Of a stretch of 64,000 nucleotides of DNA, positions 11,655-21,740 are shown in pieces. A program made the position numbers and the translations under genes. The first letter of the stretch is position 1, and every line of letters begins with the position of its first letter. The notes beneath the pieces were generated by a model, which made no database searches, was not told the origin of the DNA, and saw only the letters and a program-made list of their open reading frames with translations. This DNA is from a phage. The stretch lies in sequence record PZ296772.1. One strand, written 5' to 3'.

Positions 11655-13388
11655 TTACCCAATATCAATACGAGATCCGTCAACAGTATATTGTCCTGAA
11701 GCTATTGAGCTCATTGTAGTCATTGTCTCCGACCAATTTCCAGCAACAGTCATATCAACATTACCATTGACGGTCCATTTAACATTACCATTAACAGTAT
11801 AGTCATGATTCCCTTCAACTTGAGTCTTAGCATCACCTTTAACAAGAATATCTGCATTCCCGTCAACGACTATTTTGATATTGCCCTTAACGTAAAGAGT
11901 TCCATCGCCTTCAACAGTTTTAACTTGGTTGCCACGAATAAAGATTGTGTCATTGCCGTCTATTTGATGGAGGCGGTCCGCCATGTTATAATATATTTCA
12001 TTAGCACCAACGTTAACAAGCTTATCGCCAGAAATCAAGAAGTTCCCATCACCATTAGTGATGTCATAAAGGTCTTCTACAGTTTTACGAGTACGACGCC
12101 CGGACGGAGAAACTTCCTCATATGACCCTGTTGGATGAACTAAGCGATAACGTTCATTACCTGGAGTATCGTCAAATTCTTGGATATGACCACTTTCTGT
12201 TTCCATAGCATGAACATACGGGTATTCACCGCGATAACTTGATTCTGGTTCTTTAAAAAGGATGCGTGAATCTAATGGAACAGGAGGACCAGCCGGGTCT
12301 TCTGAATCGGTATTTCTAGTAACTAAATCGGCGCCAACACCAGGCGAAGGCGGTGTTTTAACAGGAACGCCATATGATTCCATGTTACCTGTTAAAATAA
12401 TTGTTGTTACACGTGAAGCGCGTCCTTTAGTCTGTTGGAACCATAATGAATCGCGTCCAGATTTGTATGCAGTTTTCCAATCACCTTCGGCCATTGCTTT
12501 AAGCATAGTATTGAATTTTGCTACACCACCAACGCCCATTTGGAAGCACATGTTTTCTAATGCCATTTGGCGAGATCTGTTCATTTTAGCATAAACAGGA
12601 CCTACTTTAGAATTAGAACGAATGTCTTTCTGCATCTTAGCAAGGTCCTTCTCAAATAACGCTGTTGCTTCTTCTAATGTAATAGTTCCCGGATTTCCTG
12701 TTACTTCACGCCCTACTTGATCGGATAACAATTTATTAATTCGAGACATGTCTCGGGTCTTTTCCATTACGATAAGGTGTCCAATACCTACTGTAGGATA
12801 CCCGAGATGGTCCCAATACACTTTATCACGAAGACCTTCGTCACGACGTAGCATTTCTGTTATTGTAAAATTAGGGTCATCATCTTCTGGAATATTTGCT
12901 AAATCTGTATCATCCGGGTTTATACCATAATCCAAGTTGTTGTCTTGAATTACGTTAGAATTCGAATAATAACCAGCTTCACCACCTTGGTTTAATACGT
13001 TCGTATCATTACCTAAACGTCGTGGATATTGACCTGTAGGGTCGGAAAAACCTTCGAGTCTATTAGGCTTTTCACGTACAATTCCGCCGTATGTACCAAG
13101 TACAATTCCGTTTGTTTTCCATTTGTCTAAGAAATGACCATATACTCGAGTTCCTTCAACAGGACCTGTAACAGAACCACCGATACCTGACATTGACGCA
13201 GACGTAATAGGTTGAATAACAGTCATCCATGGAAGTTTTTCTGTAGGAATACCTTGTACATCACCTTGTGCTCTCTGTGCCGGATGAAGACCAACTACTC
13301 GCACTCGAACTCGCCCTTGTTTTAATGGGTCCATTCTGTCCTCGACAACACCCACGAACCAATTAAGGCTACTGCTAATCATTTCCAT
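11655..13388 (-). CDS. 5: Baseplate hub / tail-associated lysozyme gp5
   Basis: 577-aa ORF with N-terminal OB domain, central lysozyme domain (EGLRDKVYWDHLGYPTVGIGHLI) and C-terminal VxGxxxxx beta-helix repeats. Confidence 0.95.
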   Translation of the reverse strand: MEMISSSLNWFVGVVEDRMDPLKQGRVRVRVVGLHPAQRAQGDVQGIPTEKLPWMTVIQPITSASMSGIGGSVTGPVEGTRVYGHFLDKWKTNGIVLGTYGGIVREKPNRLEGFSDPTGQYPRRLGNDTNVLNQGGEAGYYSNSNVIQDNNLDYGINPDDTDLANIPEDDDPNFTITEMLRRDEGLRDKVYWDHLGYPTVGIGHLIVMEKTRDMSRINKLLSDQVGREVTGNPGTITLEEATALFEKDLAKMQKDIRSNSKVGPVYAKMNRSRQMALENMCFQMGVGGVAKFNTMLKAMAEGDWKTAYKSGRDSLWFQQTKGRASRVTTIILTGNMESYGVPVKTPPSPGVGADLVTRNTDSEDPAGPPVPLDSRILFKEPESSYRGEYPYVHAMETESGHIQEFDDTPGNERYRLVHPTGSYEEVSPSGRRTRKTVEDLYDITNGDGNFLISGDKLVNVGANEIYYNMADRLHQIDGNDTIFIRGNQVKTVEGDGTLYVKGNIKIVVDGNADILVKGDAKTQVEGNHDYTVNGNVKWTVNGNVDMTVAGNWSETMTTMSSIASGQYTVDGSRIDIG

Positions 13389-13963
13389 TATGCAATCTCC
13401 ATCTCACGAATCAAATCTGTGATAAACGAGTTTATATCTTCTTTTGCAACAATTTTTATTTTACGAAGTTTTTCATTATCTAATACTGCCGCTTCATAAG
13501 TATCTACTGCAGCTAAAGGTCCTTTATATTGCGGATACTTACGAGCTTCATCACCTTTATCGTACCACACTAAAGGCTCGTCCGGATATGAAACCAAATT
13601 GTAAAATTTCTCACGATTTTCATTAATATGATAAAGAACTTGGTCGCCGCCCGCATTAGCATATTTCTGAATAGAAGCTTGATAAGCTGCTTCCTGAGAT
13701 GTAATCCAACCATAATACGGATCATAGTTATCATTACACATCAAAAGGACCCAGTATAATTGAGGGTTGCCATAAATGATATTCGCTAGTTCTTCAGGAC
13801 GCGGAGAGCCTTTAATATAATAAGAACGTAATCTATAATTGGCAGCAACACGTTTAAAGTACTCTTTATAGTTACGAAATATGTCTGTCATAGGAATAGT
13901 AGGTGCATTCTTATTAACTGTTTTAGCACTATATCCTATTGGGTCGAAGAATGTAAATAACAA
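13388..13963 (-). CDS. 53: Baseplate wedge protein gp53
   Basis: 191-aa ORF upstream of gene 5 (T4 gp53 about 196 aa); preceded by late promoter. Confidence 0.85.
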   Translation of the reverse strand: MLFTFFDPIGYSAKTVNKNAPTIPMTDIFRNYKEYFKRVAANYRLRSYYIKGSPRPEELANIIYGNPQLYWVLLMCNDNYDPYYGWITSQEAAYQASIQKYANAGGDQVLYHINENREKFYNLVSYPDEPLVWYDKGDEARKYPQYKGPLAAVDTYEAAVLDNEKLRKIKIVAKEDINSFITDLIREMEIA

Positions 13964-13990
13964 GATAGTCTCCTTCCAATATGAAATTGG

Positions 13991-13998
13991 TATAAATA
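13991..13998 (+). promoter_or_regulatory. T4-type late promoter TATAAATA for gene 4
   Basis: Exact TATAAATA 27 nt upstream of gene 4 ATG, in the divergent 53/4 intergenic region. Confidence 0.65.
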
Positions 13999-14005
13999 AT
14001 AATAC

Positions 14006-14013
14006 TATTTATA
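14006..14013 (-). promoter_or_regulatory. T4-type late promoter TATAAATA for gene 53 operon
   Basis: Plus-strand TATTTATA = TATAAATA on minus strand, 43 nt upstream of gene 53 ATG. Confidence 0.6.
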
Positions 14014-14024
14014 AGGAGGACAAC

Positions 14025-14474
14025 ATGGCCTACTCTGGTAAATGGGTCCCAAAAAATTTAAAAAAATACCGTGGAGACCATACCAAAATAACGTATCGTT
14101 CAAACTGGGAAAAATTCTTTTTCGAATGGTTGGATAAAAATCCAGAAATTATTGCATGGGGTAGTGAAACAGCAGTAATTCCATATTTTTGTAATGCTGA
14201 AGGTAAGAAACGTCGATACTATATGGACATATGGATGAAAGATGCATCAGGTCAAGAGTTTTTTGTAGAAATAAAACCAAAGAAAGAAACTCAACCACCT
14301 ATTAAACCGGTGAATCTTACAACTGCGGCTAAGAAACGTTATATGAATGAAATATATACCTGGTCTGTGAACTGTGACAAATGGAAAGCTGCCTCAGCTG
14401 TTGCTGAAAAGAGAAATATAAAATTTCGAGTTCTAACCGAAGATGGTCTTAGAAAACTCGGATACAAGGGGTAA
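14025..14474 (+). CDS. 4: Head completion protein gp4
   Basis: 149-aa product from [14 protein letters not shown] (internal ATG with GGAGG RBS; ORF-track start upstream lacks RBS); size and position as T4 gp4. Confidence 0.8.
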   Translation: MAYSGKWVPKNLKKYRGDHTKITYRSNWEKFFFEWLDKNPEIIAWGSETAVIPYFCNAEGKKRRYYMDIWMKDASGQEFFVEIKPKKETQPPIKPVNLTTAAKKRYMNEIYTWSVNCDKWKAASAVAEKRNIKFRVLTEDGLRKLGYKG

Positions 14475-14476
14475 TT

Positions 14477-15298
14477 ATGAGCATATTCCAAATTATATCT
14501 GAAGGCGTACAAGCCCCTAAGATTGCTCAGTCTATGAATGAAAGAAAATGGATTGAGATAGGATTAGAATACAAGAAAGCTAAAGAGAAAGGAATCACTG
14601 CAAAAGCATTTGCAGAATCAAAAGGAATAAAATACTCGTCGTTTACATCTGCAATGTCTAGATATGCATCATCTATTAAGACTGCACAGAAAATTGAAAC
14701 GCTTGAATCTAAACCTAAAAATAAACTCAATAAGCAAGAACGTCAACTTCTGATGATAAACTCGTTTCGCAGTTCAATACGAGAAAAGATTAGAAATGAA
14801 GGCGCAGCAGTAAACAACAAATCATCTAAGTGGTTTGTTGAAACAATTAAGAAAAGTGTAAAAGGTCATAAAGTAGTCAAGCCTACGCCAGGCAAAATTT
14901 ATACTTACGTTTATGATGCTAAACATAAAGATACTCTGCCATACTGGGACCGATATCCTTTGATTATTTATTTAGGATTAGGTAAACATAATTTGATGTA
15001 TGGGTTAAACTTGCACTATATCCCACCTAAAGCACGTCAACAGTTTCTTGAAGAATTGCTGAAGCAATATGCTAGCACAACTACTATTACTAATAACACA
15101 AAGTTGAAGATAGACTGGAGCAAGGTGAAAGGATTTCAAGGTGCTGACAAAATGATTAAAGCATACCTGCCAGGCCACATTAGAGGAACAATAACAGAAA
15201 TAGCTCCTAAAGACTGGGCTAACATAATCATGTTACCTACTCAACAGTTTATGTCAAAAGGAAAACGTTTCTCTGCGAATACTGTTTGGAAATCTTAA
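14477..15298 (+). CDS. 2: DNA end protector protein gp2
   Basis: 273-aa ORF (T4 gp2 about 274 aa) immediately after gene 4. Confidence 0.75.
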   Translation: MSIFQIISEGVQAPKIAQSMNERKWIEIGLEYKKAKEKGITAKAFAESKGIKYSSFTSAMSRYASSIKTAQKIETLESKPKNKLNKQERQLLMINSFRSSIREKIRNEGAAVNNKSSKWFVETIKKSVKGHKVVKPTPGKIYTYVYDAKHKDTLPYWDRYPLIIYLGLGKHNLMYGLNLHYIPPKARQQFLEELLKQYASTTTITNNTKLKIDWSKVKGFQGADKMIKAYLPGHIRGTITEIAPKDWANIIMLPTQQFMSKGKRFSANTVWKS

Positions 15299-15400
15299 TT
15301 CTATTCTCTTCCGTTCGTCTGATATTCTGTTGAATCGGATTAATGGAAGAGACCTAAAACCATTATACTGCATTTTTATTAAAGCGTTTTTGAGGTGCTT

Positions 15401-15985
15401 ATGACTCGTCCAGCGAGACAGATTTTTAACCAAACAAATATAACAAACTTTGTTGTGGATATCCCGGATAGTACACGAACTTCAGGTTTTGTGCTCAATG
15501 CCCAAACGGCTCCATTGCCAGGTGTGAGAATTCCTGTTGTTGAAACTGTGACAGGCACAATGGGGCTAGGACGTGCAATGCGTGCAGGCACCACATTTGA
15601 ATATGACCCTTTTATTGTACGATTTATAGTTGATGAAGACATGACGTCCTGGATGAACATGTATAAATGGATGCTCAGCACTAATAACTATATAACCGGC
15701 CATAATACGGCCCACTCTGATGGTCCTGAGTTTGTTACTTTGCACATTTTAAACAACAATAAGACCGAAGTAGTTTTGACGGCAAATTTCTATAAACCAT
15801 GGATTTCCGATTTGAGTGAAATTGAATTTAGTTACACTGAAGACTCTGACCCTGCCGTTACTTGCGTAGCAACTATTCATTACGCGTATATGACGATAGA
15901 AAAAGATGGCGAAGTCATTGTATCTCAACAACCACGTCAAGCGGTCGAATCTAAATCCATTTCTAGACACCCTTCCTTGCGTTAA
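15401..15985 (+). CDS. 3: Tail completion protein gp3 (by synteny)
   Basis: 194-aa ORF MTRPARQIFNQ... with GAGG RBS 5 nt upstream; lies between gene 2 and gene 1. Confidence 0.6.
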   Translation: MTRPARQIFNQTNITNFVVDIPDSTRTSGFVLNAQTAPLPGVRIPVVETVTGTMGLGRAMRAGTTFEYDPFIVRFIVDEDMTSWMNMYKWMLSTNNYITGHNTAHSDGPEFVTLHILNNNKTEVVLTANFYKPWISDLSEIEFSYTEDSDPAVTCVATIHYAYMTIEKDGEVIVSQQPRQAVESKSISRHPSLR

Positions 15986-16030
15986 TCGCTTCTAGCTCCG
16001 TATGTTATAATCACTCATAAATTATATGAG
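15980..16030 (+). promoter_or_regulatory. Promoter-like -10 (TATAAT 16006-16011) with flanking inverted repeat upstream of gene 1
   Basis: TATAAT followed by CTCATA...TATGAG inverted repeat overlapping the RBS; no clear -35. Confidence 0.35.
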
Positions 16031-16038
16031 GAAAACCT

Positions 16039-16773
16039 ATGGAGCTAATCTTTTTAAGTGGCATCAAACGTAGTGGTAAAGACACTACTGCTGATTACAT
16101 CAATTCAAACTTTAAATCCGTAAAATACCAATTGGCATATCCGATTAAAGACGCTCTAGCAATAGCCTGGGGACGTAGGCATGCTGAAAACCCTGATGTA
16201 TTCACAGAGTTGAAATACGAATACTTTGAAGGCATTGGATACGACCGTGAAACACCATTAAATCTCAATAAGTTGGATGTTATTGAATTATTGGAAGAAG
16301 CGCTAATTTATTTGCAAAGTCAATATTTACCAATTAATAATGTTAAAGTATTATCATCGTTAGAAGGTGGATATTCGTATCTAGATATTAAACCATATGA
16401 AGCCCTGCGTGAAGCTATAAATAATATCAACGACACATGGTCAATCCGCCGTCTTATGCAAGCCCTCGGTACGGATGTTGTCGTTAATTTATTTGACCGT
16501 ATGTATTGGGTTAAACTTTTTGCATTAAACTATATGGATTATATTGGAAGTGATTTCGATTACTATGTCGTAACCGATACACGTCAAGTCCATGAAATGG
16601 AAACCGCTAGAGCGATGGGTGCTACAGTTATTCATGTGGTTCGCTCTGGTACGGAATCCACTGATAAACATATTACAGAAGCTGGGTTGCCTATTGAAGA
16701 AGGCGATTTAGTTATTACAAACGACGGCTCTTTAGAAGAGCTTTATTCTAAAATTGAAAAAATCTTAAGGTAA
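16039..16773 (+). CDS. 1: Deoxynucleoside monophosphate kinase gp1
   Basis: 244-aa ORF with P-loop GIKRSGKDTT and strong T4 gp1-like sequence throughout. Confidence 0.93.
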   Translation: MELIFLSGIKRSGKDTTADYINSNFKSVKYQLAYPIKDALAIAWGRRHAENPDVFTELKYEYFEGIGYDRETPLNLNKLDVIELLEEALIYLQSQYLPINNVKVLSSLEGGYSYLDIKPYEALREAINNINDTWSIRRLMQALGTDVVVNLFDRMYWVKLFALNYMDYIGSDFDYYVVTDTRQVHEMETARAMGATVIHVVRSGTESTDKHITEAGLPIEEGDLVITNDGSLEELYSKIEKILR

Positions 16774-16777
16774 TAAA

Positions 16778-17463
<686 letters not shown>

Positions 17464-17476
17464 TTTTCACAAAACA

Positions 17477-17512
17477 GTTTACATAAGGATGATGGTGTGT
17501 TACTATCATCCT
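17477..17512 (+). promoter_or_regulatory. Early promoter cassette (GTTTAC -35, TACTAT -10, GGATGAT/ATCATCC inverted repeat)
   Basis: -35 17477-17482, -10 17501-17506, 18-bp spacer, 7-bp inverted repeat flanking the -10. Confidence 0.6.
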
Positions 17513-17540
17513 ATCAAATAAACAGCCTCAAGGAAATAAA

Positions 17541-17828
17541 ATGAAAACCTATAAAGAATTTATATCACCTGTTGCTAACGTTTCTACTCTGACCGAAGCA
17601 TCCCTTACTTCTGAAGTTATTAAAACAAATAAAGGACGTGAGGGTAAACCAATGATTAGTCTGGTTGACGGCGAAGAAGTAAAAGGTACTGTTTACTTAG
17701 GGGATGGATGGTCTGCTAAGAAAGATGGCGCTACTATTGTTATCTCTCCGGCTGAAGAGACTGCACTGTTTAAAGCTAAGCATATTTCTGTAGCTCAGCT
17801 TAAAATTATTGCAAAAACTCTTCTGTAA
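17541..17828 (+). CDS. Capsid-targeted internal protein candidate (IPI-like)
   Basis: 95-aa ORF starting MKTYKEFISPVANVSTLTE: T4 capsid-targeting-sequence-like leader with [LI]xE protease motifs; in ipI position next to 57B. Confidence 0.7.
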   Translation: MKTYKEFISPVANVSTLTEASLTSEVIKTNKGREGKPMISLVDGEEVKGTVYLGDGWSAKKDGATIVISPAEETALFKAKHISVAQLKIIAKTLL

Positions 17829-17831
17829 GTA

Positions 17832-17870
17832 GTTTACATGTTGATAGGACTATGTTATAGTAGTCCTATC
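17832..17870 (+). promoter_or_regulatory. Early promoter cassette (GTTTAC, TATAGT, GATAGGACTA/TAGTCCTATC inverted repeat)
   Basis: -35 17832-17837, -10 17856-17861, perfect 10-bp inverted repeat 17843-17852 / 17861-17870. Confidence 0.65.
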
Positions 17871-17893
17871 AAAACAACCAAATGGAACCTAAA

Positions 17894-18157
17894 ATGAAAA
17901 CTTTCAACGAATTCATCTCAGAATCGTCTGGTGTGAAAATTAACAAAGCGGTCAATCAGGTTATTGTTGATATTCTTAATTTGTATAACATTGACTTAAC
18001 TCCGCATATCACGCTTGGTAACAAACGAAACTTTTTCATATTTGACACGTCTGAACTTGATGAAAATCAGTTCAATAACATTCAACGTTTTGCGAATGAT
18101 AAAGGTCTTCGACACGAGCCTGGTGGCTATAAAAAATACGCAATATATTTGAAATAA
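17894..18157 (+). CDS. Capsid-targeted internal protein candidate
   Basis: 87-aa product from MKTFNEFISESSG (CTS-like leader, ISE at residues 8-10). Confidence 0.6.
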   Translation: MKTFNEFISESSGVKINKAVNQVIVDILNLYNIDLTPHITLGNKRNFFIFDTSELDENQFNNIQRFANDKGLRHEPGGYKKYAIYLK

Positions 18158-18160
18158 AGG

Positions 18161-18198
18161 TATACAAGCCTATAGGGATATGATATAGTAGTCCTATC
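18161..18198 (+). promoter_or_regulatory. Early promoter cassette (TATACA -35, TATAGT -10, partial inverted repeat)
   Basis: -35 18161-18166, -10 18184-18189, 17-bp spacer; right arm TAGTCCTATC as in other copies. Confidence 0.5.
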
Positions 18199-18226
18199 AA
18201 AACAAATGAGTAAATGGAGAAATAAA

Positions 18227-18412
18227 ATGAAACGCGCTGAACTGATTCGTAATGTTGCTGTAGTAATTGCTTCAATGGCCTTTAGTTTTTCGATGTTTGT
18301 AGGATTCATTTGTGGACTACTGACAACAACAGAAAATTCTATCTCATTGGTAGTAGCATTTCTAATCGGTTTAATCGCTATTGTTATGGATAAAATTGCA
18401 AAAGGTGAGTAA
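18227..18412 (+). CDS. Small membrane protein (2 predicted TM helices)
   Basis: 61-aa product MKRAELIRNVAVVIASMAFSFSMFVGFICGLL...; GGAG RBS; hydrophobic segments. Confidence 0.5.
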   Translation: MKRAELIRNVAVVIASMAFSFSMFVGFICGLLTTTENSISLVVAFLIGLIAIVMDKIAKGE

Positions 18413-18775
18413 ATGAAATATCATGTATATGCAGATTTTGAAGCAAATCCTTCTAAAGACCCTGATTGTCGTTTGATACGCAGACCATTTGATTCAGCAG
18501 CTCAAGCATGGGCTTGGATTAAAACTTGTACTCCTTCTTACACTTTCTTTGAAGTGGTAGACGATAACGGTGTTCTGCATCCAGAACCTACAGAAACTAT
18601 TAATTTCCTTCTGTTTGCTGGATATGACTGTTATCCTCTTGGCGGTATTGACGACCTTGTTGCTACAGGAAAAACTGTTGAGGCTCTTCGCGAAATTTAT
18701 AAAAACGCAGAAGAAAATTTTGACTGGTATCATATTGTTGATGCTCATACCTTTGAAGTGGTGGAACACTCATGA
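18413..18775 (+). CDS. Hypothetical protein
   Basis: 120-aa ORF, translationally coupled to neighbours; no recognised motif. Confidence 0.5.
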   Translation: MKYHVYADFEANPSKDPDCRLIRRPFDSAAQAWAWIKTCTPSYTFFEVVDDNGVLHPEPTETINFLLFAGYDCYPLGGIDDLVATGKTVEALREIYKNAEENFDWYHIVDAHTFEVVEHS

Positions 18776-19062
18776 TTCTTTATGCTAAAGTAAAATCTGT
18801 CGAGAATGGATATGAAAGCGATCAACGTGCAGCTAAAGCACTAGTTAATGACTATGGTATTCTGACTAACTTTGAGGTTGAAAAGGTTTATATCGACCGT
18901 TCATCTTCGCAAGTTAAATTACTCTGTGAAGATGATAAATTTAACACAGTTAACTTTGATTTCTTTATTGAAACAGAAAAAGGCCCTCTTGAATATGATA
19001 TTTTCAAGAATCCTTTGAAATTACGTTGCATTGAATATAATTACATTAATATGGTACGGTGA
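18772..19062 (+). CDS. Hypothetical protein
   Basis: 96-aa ORF with ATGA overlap to upstream ORF. Confidence 0.5.
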   Translation: MILYAKVKSVENGYESDQRAAKALVNDYGILTNFEVEKVYIDRSSSQVKLLCEDDKFNTVNFDFFIETEKGPLEYDIFKNPLKLRCIEYNYINMVR

Positions 19063-19066
19063 GTAA

Positions 19067-19582
19067 ATGAATATTTGTTTAGGCAGTACAATTCCTAAGG
19101 GTTACGTAATTGATGTCACTACTTATGAAAATGATGGTGACAACTATAAAACCAAAACATTGTTTGAAGTGGAAGAGCATGAGCTCCAACAGTTTAAATA
19201 TCTTTTGAAGAAATTTAAGAGTCGTCATTCCAGCACTAAAGCTGAACGTTACTGTGGTAATACACCATTCAGTGATTGCTCGCTTTTAATCTACGAATAC
19301 TTGGTTGAAGGACTGTTCTCAGACCAGCTTTATCCAGAATTCATTAAAAAGGTCTTTGATATTGAAGTCGACCTTGGTAATAAATCTGAAGAAGACGAAT
19401 CGCGTGTATTCGACCTGTTCCGTGAGAATGGATATTTAGTATCAGAAGGTCTCGTTGGTATTCTTGGTCATGCTTCTGAATATTATGATTATGATTTCTT
19501 GCGTGTAGTTGAATGTGTTGAATTTGCTTATATTGAAGAAGAAATCGTTTTGCCAACTGTTAAAATGATTGATTTGCTTTAA
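19067..19582 (+). CDS. Hypothetical acidic protein
   Basis: 171-aa ORF; no recognised motif. Confidence 0.5.
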   Translation: MNICLGSTIPKGYVIDVTTYENDGDNYKTKTLFEVEEHELQQFKYLLKKFKSRHSSTKAERYCGNTPFSDCSLLIYEYLVEGLFSDQLYPEFIKKVFDIEVDLGNKSEEDESRVFDLFRENGYLVSEGLVGILGHASEYYDYDFLRVVECVEFAYIEEEIVLPTVKMIDLL

Positions 19583-19661
19583 GAATTATGTGTTATTATT
19601 AATTCATACCATCTATTACCAAAGGTGCTCTAAAGTGCCTTTCATAATAGAAAGTTATTTA

Positions 19662-19735
19662 GGCCCTGTAGCTCAACGGTTAGCAGCAGTCCCCTCATAA
19701 GGGAAAGGTTACCAGTTCGAATCTGGTCTGGGTCA
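19662..19735 (+). tRNA. tRNA with anticodon CAU (Met or Ile2/lysidine type)
   Basis: Hand-folded cloverleaf: acceptor GGCCCUG/CUGGGUC (1 mismatch), T-arm ACCAG-UUCGAAU-CUGGU, anticodon loop CUCAUAA; CCA not encoded. Confidence 0.65.
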
Positions 19736-19741
19736 TATATT

Positions 19742-19818
<77 letters not shown>

Positions 19819-19836
19819 ACTTTAAGTGAGGAAAAT

Positions 19837-20181
19837 ATGAAAGGCAATGTTTATCTGGTAGTTCATGATTTAACGTTTTATTTTAACGAATATGATACAG
19901 TTATTTCTCATCGATTGATTAATTCGCTGTATCAGCATGCCGATTACATCTATGTTCAAAATGAATTTGGACATTGGAAGTTCATTAAAAACCGTTCTGG
20001 GTTAACTAGTTTTGAATACTTTGACCGTAAAGACCTTTTAAACGAAATCCCGTTGCAACATCGGTTCCAGAAACGTGAATCATTATATTATTGCCGTCAT
20101 ATACCAAACGCCGAATGTGTTAATGAAGCGATTAATCTATGGCGTCGGCGTCGAGAGCAAATTGATGATATGCCAAAATAA
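19837..20181 (+). CDS. Hypothetical protein
   Basis: 114-aa product from MKGNVYLVVHDL (ATG with GAGG RBS just after tRNA-Arg; the ORF-track start overlaps the tRNA). Confidence 0.5.
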   Translation: MKGNVYLVVHDLTFYFNEYDTVISHRLINSLYQHADYIYVQNEFGHWKFIKNRSGLTSFEYFDRKDLLNEIPLQHRFQKRESLYYCRHIPNAECVNEAINLWRRRREQIDDMPK

Positions 20182-20494
20182 GAAGCCGGGTCGCTACCGG
20201 CAAGTCGTCGGACTGATGTTCCCTGAATAAGACCCGACTTTAAGGCGTACATGAGTTGACATCTTAAAGTCCCTTATCTCACAGCAGAAACGGCGCACAG
20301 AATTATCGATTCGAGGAAATATCTTTGCCGTAAGCCGAGTAGCGTTTTTGACGGAACGTTCGGATATGGTCGAGATATGGCCTTTTAAAAATATTGAGTA
20401 GCGTCAACTACTTAATAACCGGGTTCGAATCCCGGCGTTTCGTACAAACACTTGCCTTAGCAGGTGGAACCCCGACAAGGTTGCCGCAAGGCTT
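20182..20494 (+). ncRNA. Candidate structured small RNA / tRNA-like remnant region
   Basis: 313-nt non-coding stretch after the tRNA pair, containing tRNA T-arm-like CCGGG-UUCGAAU-CCCGG (20419-20435) and ending at an intrinsic terminator; no canonical tRNA could be folded. Confidence 0.25.
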
Positions 20495-20522
20495 AGCCCC
20501 TTCCGAAAGGTTGGGGCTTTTT
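20495..20522 (+). terminator. Intrinsic terminator (repeat family copy 1)
   Basis: AGCCCCUUCC-GAAA-GGUUGGGGCU hairpin followed by UUUUU. Confidence 0.7.
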
Positions 20523-20567
20523 GGTATAATAATAAATAGATAAGTTAATTAACTTAGGAAAAGCAAC

Positions 20568-21032
20568 ATGAAATCATACGCTGAATTTTTGACTGAACAA
20601 TCTAGTTCAGATGTAAAAGCCGCTGCGATTGCAGCAATTCAAGCAGGTAAATATTCTTACAAAGACGCCTCCGATGAAGAACGTTTCCGTTTTATTAGAG
20701 ATTTTAAAGCCGAAGGTTTTACTAATGCTAATACTGTTAGCCGAGTTTTTAAAAGCCTAGCTGCATCAGGTGAATTGTTCCAGAAAGCTACAGGTAAAGC
20801 ACCTGCGCCAAAAGCGGACCCTAAAACAGCTCAAGAAAAAAATATCGCCAAAGGAATTATTTCTAAGTATGAAGCAATTCTTAAAGAGCTTTTAGTAATC
20901 AAAACAGAAGGCCAGAAACTGGCACGAGCACATAGTTTCAAAGATAATCCTCACGCTCATAGCCTTGAGTATGTTGAAGATATCCAAAAACTTATTAAAG
21001 ACCGTATCTGGTCTGCTAAACAAATTAAATAA
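20568..21032 (+). CDS. Capsid-targeted internal protein candidate
   Basis: 154-aa ORF starting MKSYAEFLTEQ (CTS-like, LTE at 8-10); Ala/Lys-rich. Confidence 0.6.
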   Translation: MKSYAEFLTEQSSSDVKAAAIAAIQAGKYSYKDASDEERFRFIRDFKAEGFTNANTVSRVFKSLAASGELFQKATGKAPAPKADPKTAQEKNIAKGIISKYEAILKELLVIKTEGQKLARAHSFKDNPHAHSLEYVEDIQKLIKDRIWSAKQIK

Positions 21033-21038
21033 TAGAAT

Positions 21039-21065
21039 GCCCCTTCCTTACGGTTGGGGCTTTTT
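21039..21065 (+). terminator. Intrinsic terminator (repeat family copy 2)
   Basis: GCCCCUUCC-UUAC-GGUUGGGGC hairpin followed by UUUUU. Confidence 0.7.
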
Positions 21066-21098
21066 GGTATCTAGGGCATAAAAATATTTCATAAAGAT

Positions 21099-21140
21099 GT
21101 TTACTTCTTCTAAGGACATGATACTATAGACTTATCAACC
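21099..21140 (+). promoter_or_regulatory. Early promoter cassette (GTTTAC -35, TACTAT -10)
   Basis: -35 21099-21104, -10 21122-21127, 17-bp spacer, followed by CTTATCAAC leader. Confidence 0.5.
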
Positions 21141-21155
21141 GCAGAGGAAAATGTT

Positions 21156-21461
21156 ATGAGTCTTTATACTGAACTGAATAAAAAATCTGAAGAATCTGCT
21201 GAAACTATTTTTAAAAACGTGCAAAAGCGTATTCTAGAAAAGATGTATAACACTGCAGCTAAAGGTGAAAAATCTTGCCGGTTCCCGATGAGGTGTTCTT
21301 CTGATTTATGCGCAAATACTATTGAATGGCTGGAAAGTGAAGGTCTTACGGTAGAGAAAAACCCGGCGACTTCTATTGATAGCGAATCATATATTAGTAT
21401 TTCTTGGGATAAACCTCGTACGAATGAAGGACACTACAAGTTGTTAAGTTGGAAAAATTAA
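21156..21461 (+). CDS. Hypothetical protein
   Basis: 101-aa ORF; no recognised motif. Confidence 0.5.
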   Translation: MSLYTELNKKSEESAETIFKNVQKRILEKMYNTAAKGEKSCRFPMRCSSDLCANTIEWLESEGLTVEKNPATSIDSESYISISWDKPRTNEGHYKLLSWKN

Positions 21462-21470
21462 AAATAACGA

Positions 21471-21510
21471 TGTACAAGCACCAAGGATGGTGATACTATA
21501 GACTTATCAA
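21471..21510 (+). promoter_or_regulatory. Early promoter cassette (TGTACA -35, CACCA/TGGTG inverted repeat, TACTAT -10)
   Basis: -35 21471-21476, inverted repeat 21479-21492, -10 21494-21499. Confidence 0.5.
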
Positions 21511-21529
21511 CTACAGAGGAGTAAACAAA

Positions 21530-21694
21530 ATGACTACTTTAATTATTTGGTTCGATGAAAATGAAGAAACATACTGTGTGAATATCGGTGAAAGTCCAAT
21601 GCCTGAATTTGAATCCTCAGATAAAAACTCTGTTGTATCTTGGGCTGAAGGTTATAAAGCCGCTAAAGGTGACGTTGAAATAATTTACATCTAA
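21530..21694 (+). CDS. Small hypothetical protein (54 aa, below ORF-track cutoff)
   Basis: ATG 8 nt after GAGGAG RBS; MTTLIIWFDENEETYCVNIG...; shares leader and first codons (ATGACTACTTT) with ORF at 26139. Confidence 0.5.
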   Translation: MTTLIIWFDENEETYCVNIGESPMPEFESSDKNSVVSWAEGYKAAKGDVEIIYI

Positions 21695-21720
21695 GTAAGT
21701 TTATGTTATAGTAATCACAT
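21684..21720 (+). promoter_or_regulatory. Early promoter-like element (TTTACA -35, TATAGT -10)
   Basis: -35 21684-21689, -10 21707-21712, 17-bp spacer, upstream of ORF 21741. Confidence 0.45.
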
Positions 21721-21740
21721 CAAATCAAGAGGAAAACAAA

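Noticed and set aside
12262-12930. Plus-strand ORFs (110 and 60 aa) antisense to gene 5
   Set aside because: Lie inside the lysozyme/beta-helix coding region of gp5 on the opposite strand; no start context.
20360-20443. Third tRNA suggested by the T-arm CCGGG-UUCGAAU-CCCGG
   Set aside because: No acceptor-stem complement or 7-nt anticodon loop could be folded upstream; kept only as a low-confidence ncRNA/tRNA-remnant region.
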